DNA from: an uncultured Bacilli bacterium
Lineage (GTDB): Bacteria; Bacillota_I; Bacilli_A; RF39; UBA660
Direction: 5' to 3'
Assembly: GCA_934098395.1 (NCBI GenBank)
Contig: CAKOOM010000001.1
Coordinates: forward strand, 421,493 to 485,492
DNA length: 64,000 nt
The notes beneath the pieces were generated by a model that did not search any database, was not told where the DNA came from, and saw only the letters and a list, made by a program, of their open reading frames with translations. Position 1 is the first letter of the stretch; each line of letters opens with the position of its first letter. The position numbers and the translations under genes were made by a program. Positions 17,545 through 25,454 of this stretch are shown piece after piece.

Positions 17545-18060
17545 ATGAATAAGAAGAAAATAGTAATTATATCGATATTTATAGTTATAGTAGTTGGTAT
17601 TTGTTTACTTTTAATCTTTAATGGAAAAGGAAATAAAAAAGGATATGCTACTGTTGAAGAACCAGATAATTTTGTGGTGGATACAGAAAATAAAGAGAAT
17701 GTTGATATAATTGACAATATTAAGATTAATAATTCACAAAAAGTTAAAGGTAAGATTTATGCTAAACCTTTGAATAAAGGGAAAGATAATGTTGTTTATA
17801 TGGAGAATGCCAGTATTAAATCAGATATAGATAATGATACATGTGTATTTGAAGGTGTTGTTTATAATAATACTGGTAAAGATATTAATAGATTATGTAT
17901 TGGGATTGTATTTTACTCTTCTGATGATAAAATTATTGGAACAGTTGAATATTATGTTACGGATATAAAGAATAATGGTAGTCAAACTGTTAAATATGAT
18001 TCAGTATATGATTTATCTAATGCTTATAGATATACTTTGACGTATGATATTGTAGAATGA
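17545..18060 (+). CDS. Small membrane-anchored protein, FxLYD-like beta-sandwich candidate
   Basis: ATG 17545 follows AGAGGTGG. There is an N-terminal TM (IVIISIFIVIVVGICLLLIF). The C-terminal GVVYNNTGKDINRLCIGIVFYSSDDKIIG resembles FxLYD/DUF4352-type domains. The family assignment is tentative. Confidence 0.45.
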   Translation: MNKKKIVIISIFIVIVVGICLLLIFNGKGNKKGYATVEEPDNFVVDTENKENVDIIDNIKINNSQKVKGKIYAKPLNKGKDNVVYMENASIKSDIDNDTCVFEGVVYNNTGKDINRLCIGIVFYSSDDKIIGTVEYYVTDIKNNGSQTVKYDSVYDLSNAYRYTLTYDIVE

Positions 18061-18073
18061 TAATTTTAATTAA

Positions 18074-18107
18074 AAAACCAAGATATGAAAATATACCTTG
18101 GTTTTTT
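18074..18107 (+). terminator. Terminator after the surface-protein locus
   Basis: AAAAACCAAGATAT..ATATACCTTGGTTTTTT forms a stem with one bulge, followed by a T run. Confidence 0.55.
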
Positions 18108-18285
18108 GCTGTAATTTTTTAGGGGATAGTTTCGCTATTAGTTACTTATTATAGAAAATAAATAAAGAGAAGTCAAGATAAAAAAATAGTAAATTTTTGG
18201 AAGAAAAAAATAGGTGTAAAAAATGTGTCAAATCTATTGATATATGGATAAAAATAGTTAAAATAAGAAGACATGAAAAGGAGAT

Positions 18286-18320
18286 GTGACTGTTATTAAT
18301 TATTGTTTAATAGCAGTCAC
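18286..18320 (+). promoter_or_regulatory. 14-bp inverted repeat in the lon leader
   Basis: GTGACTGTTATTAA (18286-18299), 7 nt, TTAATAGCAGTCAC (18307-18320). There is one mismatch. It ends 14 nt before the lon SD. Confidence 0.4.
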
Positions 18321-18346
18321 AAAATCGTTATATGGAGGTGATTATC

Positions 18347-20623
18347 GTGGTTGAGACTAATTTACCAATATTATTTTTAAGAGATGTTGTTTTACTTCCT
18401 TATAACGAACTTAGAATAGAGATAAATACGGAAATTGAAAAGAATATATTAGATATTAGTGAGAGACGTCATGATAATCATATATTATTTATAAATTTAA
18501 TTGATGCTTTAGAAGAAAGACCAAGTGTTAGAAAATTACCTAAAATGGGTATTTTAGGTAAGATTAAAACTAAACTTGAATTACCTAACGGAATTGTTAG
18601 ATTAGTAGTTACGGGTATTGATAGAGTAGAAGTAATGAACTACTGTGAGAATGAAGATGGATCATATGAAGCCTTTGTTATACCTACGAAGGAGTATGAT
18701 TATAGTGAGTTAGAAGCTAATGCTTTAAGAAGAATATTAATTAAAGACTTAAATGATTATATAGAAATATCTTCATATATATCTAATAACGTACTTGGGA
18801 GAATTAGTGGAATTACTAGTTTATCTAGATTATCTGATATAGTATTAGCTGAGTTACCGATAGATTATTTAAGTAAGATTAGATATATTGATATGCCTAA
18901 TCCGATGAATAGAATTAAAGCTATTATTGAAGATTTGAATAGAGAGATGGAAACTGTTAAGTTAGAGAATGATATTGAGGATAATTTAAAGATTAAGTTA
19001 GATGAAGAAAATAAGAATTATATTTTAAAGGAAAAGATTAAATTAATTAAAGAAGAGATTAATGAAGTAGATATTAAAGATAATGATATAGAAAAATTAA
19101 ATAGTAAGATTAACGGAAGAGATTTTCCGGATTATATTAGTAATAGACTAAGAGATGAAATGAATAGATATGAGCTTACTTCACCAACAAGTCCAGAGAT
19201 GTCTATTATTAGAAATTATATTGATTGGTTGATAGATTTACCTTGGAATGATTCGACAATTGATAATATGGATATTGAAGATATTAGGAGGAAATTAGAT
19301 AATACTCATTTTGGACTTAATAGTGTTAAAGAAAGAATTGTTGAATATATAGCAGTTAGTAAGATAAGAAAGAAAAATAAGAGTCCTATTTTATGTTTGA
19401 TTGGTCCACCTGGAGTTGGTAAAACAACTTTAGCTAGATCTATTGCTCGGGCACTTGATAGAAAGTTTGTTAAGATTAGCGTGGGTGGTATTCATGATGA
19501 AGGAGAGATTGTTGGACATAGAAGGACTTATATTGGAGCTAATCCAGGTAAAATAATTCAGGGATTAAAGAGAGCTAAAGTTAATAATCCAGTATTTTTA
19601 ATAGATGAAGTAGATAAATTAACAAAGGATTATAAGGGAGATCCAGCTTCGGCTTTATTAGATGTACTTGATAGAGAACAAAATAGTGGTTTTTGTGATA
19701 ATTATATTGAAGAAGAGTTTGATTTATCAAATGTATTATTTATACTTACAGGAAATGATGAGGAGAGAATACCTGAAGCATTAAGAGATAGATTAGAAAT
19801 TATTAATTTATCTAGTTATACGATATCTGAGAAAGAGAATATAGCAGTTAATTATATTATTCCTAAATTAGAGGATGAATATGGAATAACAGTTAATATA
19901 ACGCATAGTAATATAAAAAATATTATACTTAATTATACGAGAGAAGCTGGTGTTAGGCAGTTAGAGAGATGTTTTGATGAAATATTTAGAAAGAGAATAA
20001 TTGAGGGTGGAGAGATTAAAAAGATAGATATTAAGGATTATTTAGGTAATTATAAATATCAAGAATTGTCTAATGAAAAGGATAGTTATGTTGGTATTAT
20101 TAATGCACTTGGGTATACTCCATATGGGGGATGTATTTTGAAGGTTAGTAGTTTACTTTATAAGGGTAAAGGTAATATTAAGTTAACAGGAATGCTTGGA
20201 GATGTTATTTTAGAGAGTGCTTATGTTGCTATTAGTTATATAAAAGCTAATAATATTATTATGGATATTGATAATAAGATATTTGATGAAAATGATTTTC
20301 ATATTCATTTTGAAGGTGGAGCAACCCATAAGGATGGTCCTTCAGCAGGAGTGGCAATAATTAGTGCATTAATTAGTTTGATTAAGAAAAAGCCAATAGA
20401 TAGTTCTATTAGTATGACGGGTGAAATTACATTAAGAGGCAAGGTATTACCTGTTGGTGGAATTAAAGAAAAAGTGCTTGCGGCTCTTAATAATAATATT
20501 AAAACAATATATATACCTATAGATAATAAAGAAGATGTAAGAGAGATACCGAGAGAGTTACTTAAGGGGATAAATATTAAATATATTAATAATTATTTAG
20601 AAATATATAATGACTTATTTTAA
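18347..20623 (+). CDS. lon: ATP-dependent Lon protease
   Basis: LON N-domain (LPILFLRDVVLLPY), Walker A GPPGVGKTT, and catalytic DGPSAGVA with a downstream Lys. GTG 18347 lies 6 nt after GGAGGTG; the track ORF begins at ATG 18332, which has no SD. Confidence 0.95.
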   Translation: MVETNLPILFLRDVVLLPYNELRIEINTEIEKNILDISERRHDNHILFINLIDALEERPSVRKLPKMGILGKIKTKLELPNGIVRLVVTGIDRVEVMNYCENEDGSYEAFVIPTKEYDYSELEANALRRILIKDLNDYIEISSYISNNVLGRISGITSLSRLSDIVLAELPIDYLSKIRYIDMPNPMNRIKAIIEDLNREMETVKLENDIEDNLKIKLDEENKNYILKEKIKLIKEEINEVDIKDNDIEKLNSKINGRDFPDYISNRLRDEMNRYELTSPTSPEMSIIRNYIDWLIDLPWNDSTIDNMDIEDIRRKLDNTHFGLNSVKERIVEYIAVSKIRKKNKSPILCLIGPPGVGKTTLARSIARALDRKFVKISVGGIHDEGEIVGHRRTYIGANPGKIIQGLKRAKVNNPVFLIDEVDKLTKDYKGDPASALLDVLDREQNSGFCDNYIEEEFDLSNVLFILTGNDEERIPEALRDRLEIINLSSYTISEKENIAVNYIIPKLEDEYGITVNITHSNIKNIILNYTREAGVRQLERCFDEIFRKRIIEGGEIKKIDIKDYLGNYKYQELSNEKDSYVGIINALGYTPYGGCILKVSSLLYKGKGNIKLTGMLGDVILESAYVAISYIKANNIIMDIDNKIFDENDFHIHFEGGATHKDGPSAGVAIISALISLIKKKPIDSSISMTGEITLRGKVLPVGGIKEKVLAALNNNIKTIYIPIDNKEDVREIPRELLKGINIKYINNYLEIYNDLF

Positions 20624-20651
20624 TCATATGAAAAAATTCATATGATTTTTT
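20623..20651 (+). terminator. Terminator after lon
   Basis: Perfect 10-bp stem ATCATATGAA/TTCATATGAT, 4-nt loop, T5. Confidence 0.8.
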
Positions 20652-20721
20652 AATTTTAAATTTAAAAATGGGTTGTTAATAATGTTAATTTATGTTATAT
20701 TTATATAGAGGATAGATAAGT

Positions 20722-21651
20722 ATGAAGAGAATATTATTGTTTTTATTTTTATTAATACCATTTAGTGTTTTTGCGGATACGGTTAAATTAACTTGTCCTG
20801 ATGAGATAGCTAGTGGTGAAGAATTTACTTGCTCGATAGAAGGAAATACAAATGGTATAATTATTTCAGTTGATATGAATGCAAGATTTGGAAGTAATTT
20901 AAAGATGATATCGTTTGTTCCTGATGGTAAATGGTCTGGAGACGGAGCTAGTGGATATATTCGATTATATACATATGTTGATGTTAATGAGAGTTTTAAA
21001 ATAGGAACTTTGAAATTAAGAAATGATAGCGGTAGTAATAACAGCGTTATACTTGACGAAATTAAATTTTATTATGATGATGATAGTTTCCTAGAATTAA
21101 ACTCAATAACTAAAAATATTAAGATTAAGAGTACTACCAATAGCAGTAATAGTAACAGTAATAGTAATAAGAGTGATACGAGTAGTGGAAATACAAAAGT
21201 AGATAATAATAGTGATAGTAAAAAAGATACTAAGAGTGATAATACAACAAATAAGAATGAAGATAATAATCAAGATAATGTAGATAGTACTGATAGTGAT
21301 GTTTATGGAAATGCTTATTTAGTAGATATTATAATTGGTAGTTATGATATACCATTTGAAAAAGATGTATATGAGTATGAGTTGGCTATTAAAGACGAGA
21401 GTAAACTTGATATAGAACCAGTTTTAATGGATAGTAGTTCAAAGTATTCAATAACGGGTAATAATAAATTAAAAAATGGGAGTGTTATTGAGATTAAAGT
21501 AACGGCTACGAATGGAGATACAGAGACTTATAAGATAAAAATAATTAAAGAGGAAAAAAGCAGTAATATATATAAAATAGTATTTATTGGAATAATAGGA
21601 ATACTTGTAATAATTAATATTATAAGAGTAGTAAGTAGGAGACGAAAATGA
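20722..21651 (+). CDS. Surface protein with signal peptide, cohesin-like domain, Ser/Asn/Asp linker, cadherin-like beta-sandwich and C-terminal TM anchor
   Basis: Signal MKRILLFLFLLIPFSVFA|D. VKLTCPDEIASGEEFTCSIEG...FKIGTLKLRN fits a cohesin-type pattern. NAYLVDIIIGSYDIPFEKDVYEYELAI...TATNGDTETYKIKIIK fits the cadherin-like pattern. The C-terminus is a TM helix followed by RRRK. Confidence 0.65.
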   Translation: MKRILLFLFLLIPFSVFADTVKLTCPDEIASGEEFTCSIEGNTNGIIISVDMNARFGSNLKMISFVPDGKWSGDGASGYIRLYTYVDVNESFKIGTLKLRNDSGSNNSVILDEIKFYYDDDSFLELNSITKNIKIKSTTNSSNSNSNSNKSDTSSGNTKVDNNSDSKKDTKSDNTTNKNEDNNQDNVDSTDSDVYGNAYLVDIIIGSYDIPFEKDVYEYELAIKDESKLDIEPVLMDSSSKYSITGNNKLKNGSVIEIKVTATNGDTETYKIKIIKEEKSSNIYKIVFIGIIGILVIINIIRVVSRRRK

Positions 21652-23279
21652 AGAAGATAATTGAAATGATTAAGAAGAATTATGTTATAAGTGCTGGTGT
21701 TTTATTATTAATATGTTTATTTGTAGGTGTTACGATATTTATAATAAATAAAGGTACAAGAGCATTAGATGAAGGTGTAACTAATAGTGTGGCTTTACGT
21801 TGCCCTGAGAAAGTAGCAATCGATGGTGAGGCAAAATGTGAAGTTATAGCTAATATAGTTGATAAGACTGTTATGTCAGTAAATGCTAACTATAATCTTC
21901 CTGAGGGAGTAACTGTTAGTGAATTTACAGTGAATACAGAATGTGCTGAAGGGGATTGTTTTGAAGAGTTTGCAAATACAGAGAATGGATTTGCAATGGC
22001 TAATTTGAATGGTATTAATAAAAGTACTTCTTTGGGAACTTTAACTCTTAAATTTAGTACTCCGGTAGTATCTAATAAAACATATGATATTGAATTTGTC
22101 AATGTTGAGTATAGTGTTGAAGCTGGTAGTGGTGAATATGAGATGTTAAGTTTAGAGAATACAAAGGCACAAGTTAGAACATTATCTGATGTTAATACGT
22201 TAGATAGTGTAGAAATAAATGGTACTTTTGATAAAGAATTTAGTAGTGATGTACTTGAATATAAAGTTACAGTTGAAAAAGATGTTGATAAGATTAAAAT
22301 AAATGCAAAAGCAAGTGATGAAAATGCAAAAATATCTGGTGATACTGAAGAAACTAGTTTACATTATGGTACCAATAGTTTAAAGATTATTGTAACAAGT
22401 GAAGACGGTAAGGAAAAAACGTATACATTTAATGTATATAGAAAATATGAATTTAATACAGATAGTTATATTTATAATAAAGATAAAAATGTATTATTTA
22501 CTGGTAGTGTTTATGATAATGATAAAATTATAGCTGGTTTGAAATTAGATGATAGTTTAAATAAAAAGATTAATAATGGTAAATTAGAAGTAATGTATGG
22601 CGAAGAAGTTATTAGTACAGTAGATTTGGCTAACTTTAAATATACAAATACAGTAAGTAATAAGATGCTTTATATTGATAAAGATACAACATATGAGACA
22701 TTAGTTAATAATTTAACTTTGAATAAAGTTAGTATTAAAGTAATTGATAGTAGTAAGCAAGAAGTTAATAGTGGTGTAATTAATGATAGTATGAAGATGG
22801 AAGTATATTACGAAGATACTTTATTAGATACATATACATTTACTGTTAGTTATTTGAAGTTAGATGATAGTTTAAATGTTAATGAAGAAAAGAAATTCTT
22901 TGAAAAACAAACAGCAGGTACTAAAATAGGCGAGTTAAAGAGTAAGATTAGTACTAGTGGAGAAGTTAATTATATTTCTAATGATGGCAATGCAGTAGAA
23001 GATAATGATATTATTAAGACTGGTGATAAAGTTAGTATTAATATAAATGGTACTAAAACTGAATATAAAGTGATAGTATTTGGTGATGTCACTGGTGATG
23101 GCGAAATAAGAAGCAACGATGTTGCAAAAGTTTATAGATTTATAAGAGGAAGAATATCTAGTGATGTGTTTGATGATTTATGTGTATCTGCAGGAGAAGT
23201 TACTGGTGATGGTGAAATAAGAAGCAACGATGTTGCAAAGATTTATAGATTCATAAGAGGAAGAATATCGTCTTTGTAA
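21648..23279 (+). CDS. Membrane-anchored or secreted protein with cohesin-like domain, cadherin-like beta-sandwich and a C-terminal duplicated dockerin
   Basis: ATGA overlap with the upstream stop. LRCPEKVAIDGEAKCEV.. is cohesin-like. LDSVEINGTFDKEFSSDVLEYKVTV...SEDGKEKTYTFNVYR is cadherin-like. The C-terminus carries GDVTGDGEIRSNDVAKVYRFIRGRIS twice (23091-23160 and 23202-23271), which is the dockerin EF-hand-like pattern. Confidence 0.75.
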   Translation: MKKIIEMIKKNYVISAGVLLLICLFVGVTIFIINKGTRALDEGVTNSVALRCPEKVAIDGEAKCEVIANIVDKTVMSVNANYNLPEGVTVSEFTVNTECAEGDCFEEFANTENGFAMANLNGINKSTSLGTLTLKFSTPVVSNKTYDIEFVNVEYSVEAGSGEYEMLSLENTKAQVRTLSDVNTLDSVEINGTFDKEFSSDVLEYKVTVEKDVDKIKINAKASDENAKISGDTEETSLHYGTNSLKIIVTSEDGKEKTYTFNVYRKYEFNTDSYIYNKDKNVLFTGSVYDNDKIIAGLKLDDSLNKKINNGKLEVMYGEEVISTVDLANFKYTNTVSNKMLYIDKDTTYETLVNNLTLNKVSIKVIDSSKQEVNSGVINDSMKMEVYYEDTLLDTYTFTVSYLKLDDSLNVNEEKKFFEKQTAGTKIGELKSKISTSGEVNYISNDGNAVEDNDIIKTGDKVSININGTKTEYKVIVFGDVTGDGEIRSNDVAKVYRFIRGRISSDVFDDLCVSAGEVTGDGEIRSNDVAKIYRFIRGRISSL

Positions 23280-23286
23280 TATTAGA

Positions 23287-23315
23287 TTTACAAAACAAAA
23301 AATAAATGCTATAAT
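23287..23315 (+). promoter_or_regulatory. Promoter for the third cohesin-like gene
   Basis: TTTACA (23287-23292), 17 nt, TGcTATAAT (TATAAT at 23310-23315). Confidence 0.45.
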
Positions 23316-23341
23316 TTATTTATATGATAGTGAGGTATATA

Positions 23342-24517
23342 ATGAAAAGAAAAATATTTATATTGGGTATTATGTTGTTAATTCTTTCTCCGCTTAGAAT
23401 TTATGCGGCTGAACAGGTTAGTATGGTGTGTGATAAGACAACGGCTAAACCTGGAGATCAAATTAGTTGTGACATTAAGCTCAGTACAACAATTGAAGTT
23501 ACTGCTGTTGAAGGTAATATTGCAACAAGTGATAATTTGGAATTTGTTAGTGTAGTTCCTATGAGTGATTTTGTTTTTCAAGGAGGAGCTATTGATGAAA
23601 AAGAAAAAAAAATTACTCTTACGCGTGAAGTTGTAATTAAAGATGAATTTGTTGCTGGTAAAGTTATTTTAAAGGTTAAGAGTGATGCAAAGAGTGGCGA
23701 TGCAACGATTGAATTGACAAATGCAAGCATTGGTAATGATAAGGGTAAAATGTATGATATTACTAGTAATAAAACTACGATTAAGATAGAAGTTCCTGTA
23801 GTTAAGGGACTTAAGAGTCTTAATATTAGTAAGGGTTATATAAAGGATAGTTCTTTCAGTTCTTCAAGAGAAGGTTATACTGTAATTATTGAAGGTAATA
23901 CTTTTGGACTTAGTATGACTGCTAATAATTCTAGTGATAATATAGTTGTTACTGATGGTAAGGGTAATACAATAAATGATGTTAATAATATAAAATTTGA
24001 TCCAAATGATAGTGGATTAATGCTTCTTTATATTGGTGTTGGAAGTGGAGATACGGCATTTAAGTATACACTTTCAGTAAGTAAAGATGTAGATGATGAT
24101 TATCGTGGTTATTTATCAAAACTTGTTATTGGTGGCGTAAATGTTGAACTTACAAGAGGAAAAACAGAATATACAATTTATTTAGATAATATTAGTAGTT
24201 ATGATATATCAGCTTATTTAGAGAATTCAGAAAATTTTATGATTGAAAATGGTGGAATTTCTAAAGGAAATGGTTCATGGGTTAATATAAAGATTGTTCC
24301 TAAGGATCCATCAAGCGGAGCTAAATCAATTACTTATACGATTAATGTGCTAAAGAAAGGTTCTAGTTCTAATGGTACAAATAATAGTAGTAATAATGCT
24401 AGTAAATCTCCACAAACGGGTGATATATCAATGTTCTTTATGGCTTTGATACTTATATCATCACTTGTTGGTAGTTTGTATTTGTATAAGAAAAATTTAG
24501 TTGATTTAAAGAAATAA
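23342..24517 (+). CDS. Sortase-anchored surface protein with cohesin-like domain, two cadherin-like beta-sandwich domains and an SPQTG sorting signal
   Basis: ATG 23342 lies 6 nt after GTGAGG. Signal ..LRIYA|AEQ. MVCDKTTAKPGDQISCDIKL...GDATIELTNASIG is cohesin-like. The C-terminus is SPQTGD, then a hydrophobic stretch (ISMFFMALILISSLVGSLYLY), then KK. Confidence 0.75.
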   Translation: MKRKIFILGIMLLILSPLRIYAAEQVSMVCDKTTAKPGDQISCDIKLSTTIEVTAVEGNIATSDNLEFVSVVPMSDFVFQGGAIDEKEKKITLTREVVIKDEFVAGKVILKVKSDAKSGDATIELTNASIGNDKGKMYDITSNKTTIKIEVPVVKGLKSLNISKGYIKDSSFSSSREGYTVIIEGNTFGLSMTANNSSDNIVVTDGKGNTINDVNNIKFDPNDSGLMLLYIGVGSGDTAFKYTLSVSKDVDDDYRGYLSKLVIGGVNVELTRGKTEYTIYLDNISSYDISAYLENSENFMIENGGISKGNGSWVNIKIVPKDPSSGAKSITYTINVLKKGSSSNGTNNSSNNASKSPQTGDISMFFMALILISSLVGSLYLYKKNLVDLKK

Positions 24518-24520
24518 TAT

Positions 24521-24549
24521 GAAAAAGAACAAAAAGTTGTTCTTTTTTT
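24521..24549 (+). terminator. Terminator after the cohesin-like cluster
   Basis: GAAAAAGAACAA/TTGTTCTTTTT stem, 4-nt loop, T run. Confidence 0.7.
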
Positions 24550-24571
24550 CATATTATATAATGGTGATAAG

Positions 24572-25381
24572 ATGAAATTGTTCTTAAAGGGATTGATTAT
24601 AGGGATAGGTAAGATTATACCAGGAGTATCTGGAGCAATGTTGGCAATTAATTTTAATGTTTATGAAAAGGCAATTGAAGCAGTTAGTAATTTTTTTTAT
24701 GATTGGAAGAATAATTTAAAGTTTCTTTTATTACTTGGAAGTGGAATATTTATATCGATAGTATTATGTAGTAATATAGTTATATATTTTCTTAGTAATT
24801 ATATGTTTGTTACTTTGATGTTGTTTATTGGATTAATAATGGGAGGAACTTATAATTTTTCTCGAAAGATAGTATATAATAAAAAGAGTATATTTTTAAT
24901 TTTTTTGATTATGGTATTGTTTTTATTAATTAGTTTAGGAAATACGAATTATAAATATGTTCTTAGTTATAAATTTATGGATAATATTATGTTTTTTTTA
25001 GGAGGTATTATTGAGATAGTAGCATCAATTGTACCAGGAATTAGTGGGACTGCGCTTTTAATGGTTATGGGGATTTATGATATAGTAATGGAGATGATTA
25101 GTAATATATTTGATGTTAACTATGTAATTAATAATATTAATTTGTATATTAGTTATGGTGTTGGGATGGGTGTTTCATTTATTTTAACTGTTACTTTGAT
25201 AAATTATTTGATAAAAAGATATAGAAATATAACATATACAGTTATTTTAGGGTTGTGTGTTTCAGCAATTATTTTTTTGATTATTATGGCTTTTGGAGAA
25301 AAGATTGAAATTATTGAATTTATACTGGGAATGATGAGTATGATGGTTGGATTACTTATTAGTTGTATATTTGATAAATAA
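24572..25381 (+). CDS. DUF368 family polytopic membrane protein
   Basis: There are two internal repeats, each with the IPGVSG/VPGISG motif (GKIIPGVSGAMLA and IVASIVPGISGTALL), and about 8 TMs. The family has been implicated in undecaprenyl-phosphate recycling. Confidence 0.75.
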   Translation: MKLFLKGLIIGIGKIIPGVSGAMLAINFNVYEKAIEAVSNFFYDWKNNLKFLLLLGSGIFISIVLCSNIVIYFLSNYMFVTLMLFIGLIMGGTYNFSRKIVYNKKSIFLIFLIMVLFLLISLGNTNYKYVLSYKFMDNIMFFLGGIIEIVASIVPGISGTALLMVMGIYDIVMEMISNIFDVNYVINNINLYISYGVGMGVSFILTVTLINYLIKRYRNITYTVILGLCVSAIIFLIIMAFGEKIEIIEFILGMMSMMVGLLISCIFDK

Positions 25382-25454
25382 TTAATTGTAAAGTATATAG
25401 TAATTAATAGACAAAATAAGATAAATTTGATATATTTAGTATGGTGGTAAGAGT

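Noticed and set aside
12641-17717. ORFs inside or overlapping the giant gene: 12641-12943(-), 13030-13422(-), 13754-14020(-), 16896-17093(+), 17103-17300(+), 17529-17717(-)
   Set aside because: They are embedded in an uninterrupted 5.2-kb ORF with clear domain structure. The alternative frames stay open only because of biased Ser/Thr/Gly/Tyr codon usage, and their products are compositionally implausible.
18120-18331. CIRCE (HrcA) or CtsR operator upstream of lon
   Set aside because: I looked for TTAGCACTC-N9-GAGTGCTAA and for tandem GGTCAAA heptads. Only isolated GTCAA(A/G) half-sites are present (about 18170 and 18227), with no proper repeat. The inverted repeat that is present has a different sequence and is reported separately.
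21143-21169. Hexanucleotide microsatellite (AGTAAY)n encoding SNSNSNSN, and (GATAGT)3 at about 30901-30920, as contingency repeats
   Set aside because: Both are in-frame (multiples of 3) linker repeats. Length changes would only alter linker length rather than switch expression, and there are too few units to call them variable without population data.
23091-23271. Near-identical 70-nt repeats, and the 31.2/34.5-kb near-identical blocks, as template/variable repeats of a diversity-generating retroelement
   Set aside because: The 70-nt repeats are the two halves of a dockerin, and internal duplication is normal for that fold. The larger blocks are gene paralogy. Differences are not adenine-specific, and there is no reverse transcriptase in the window.
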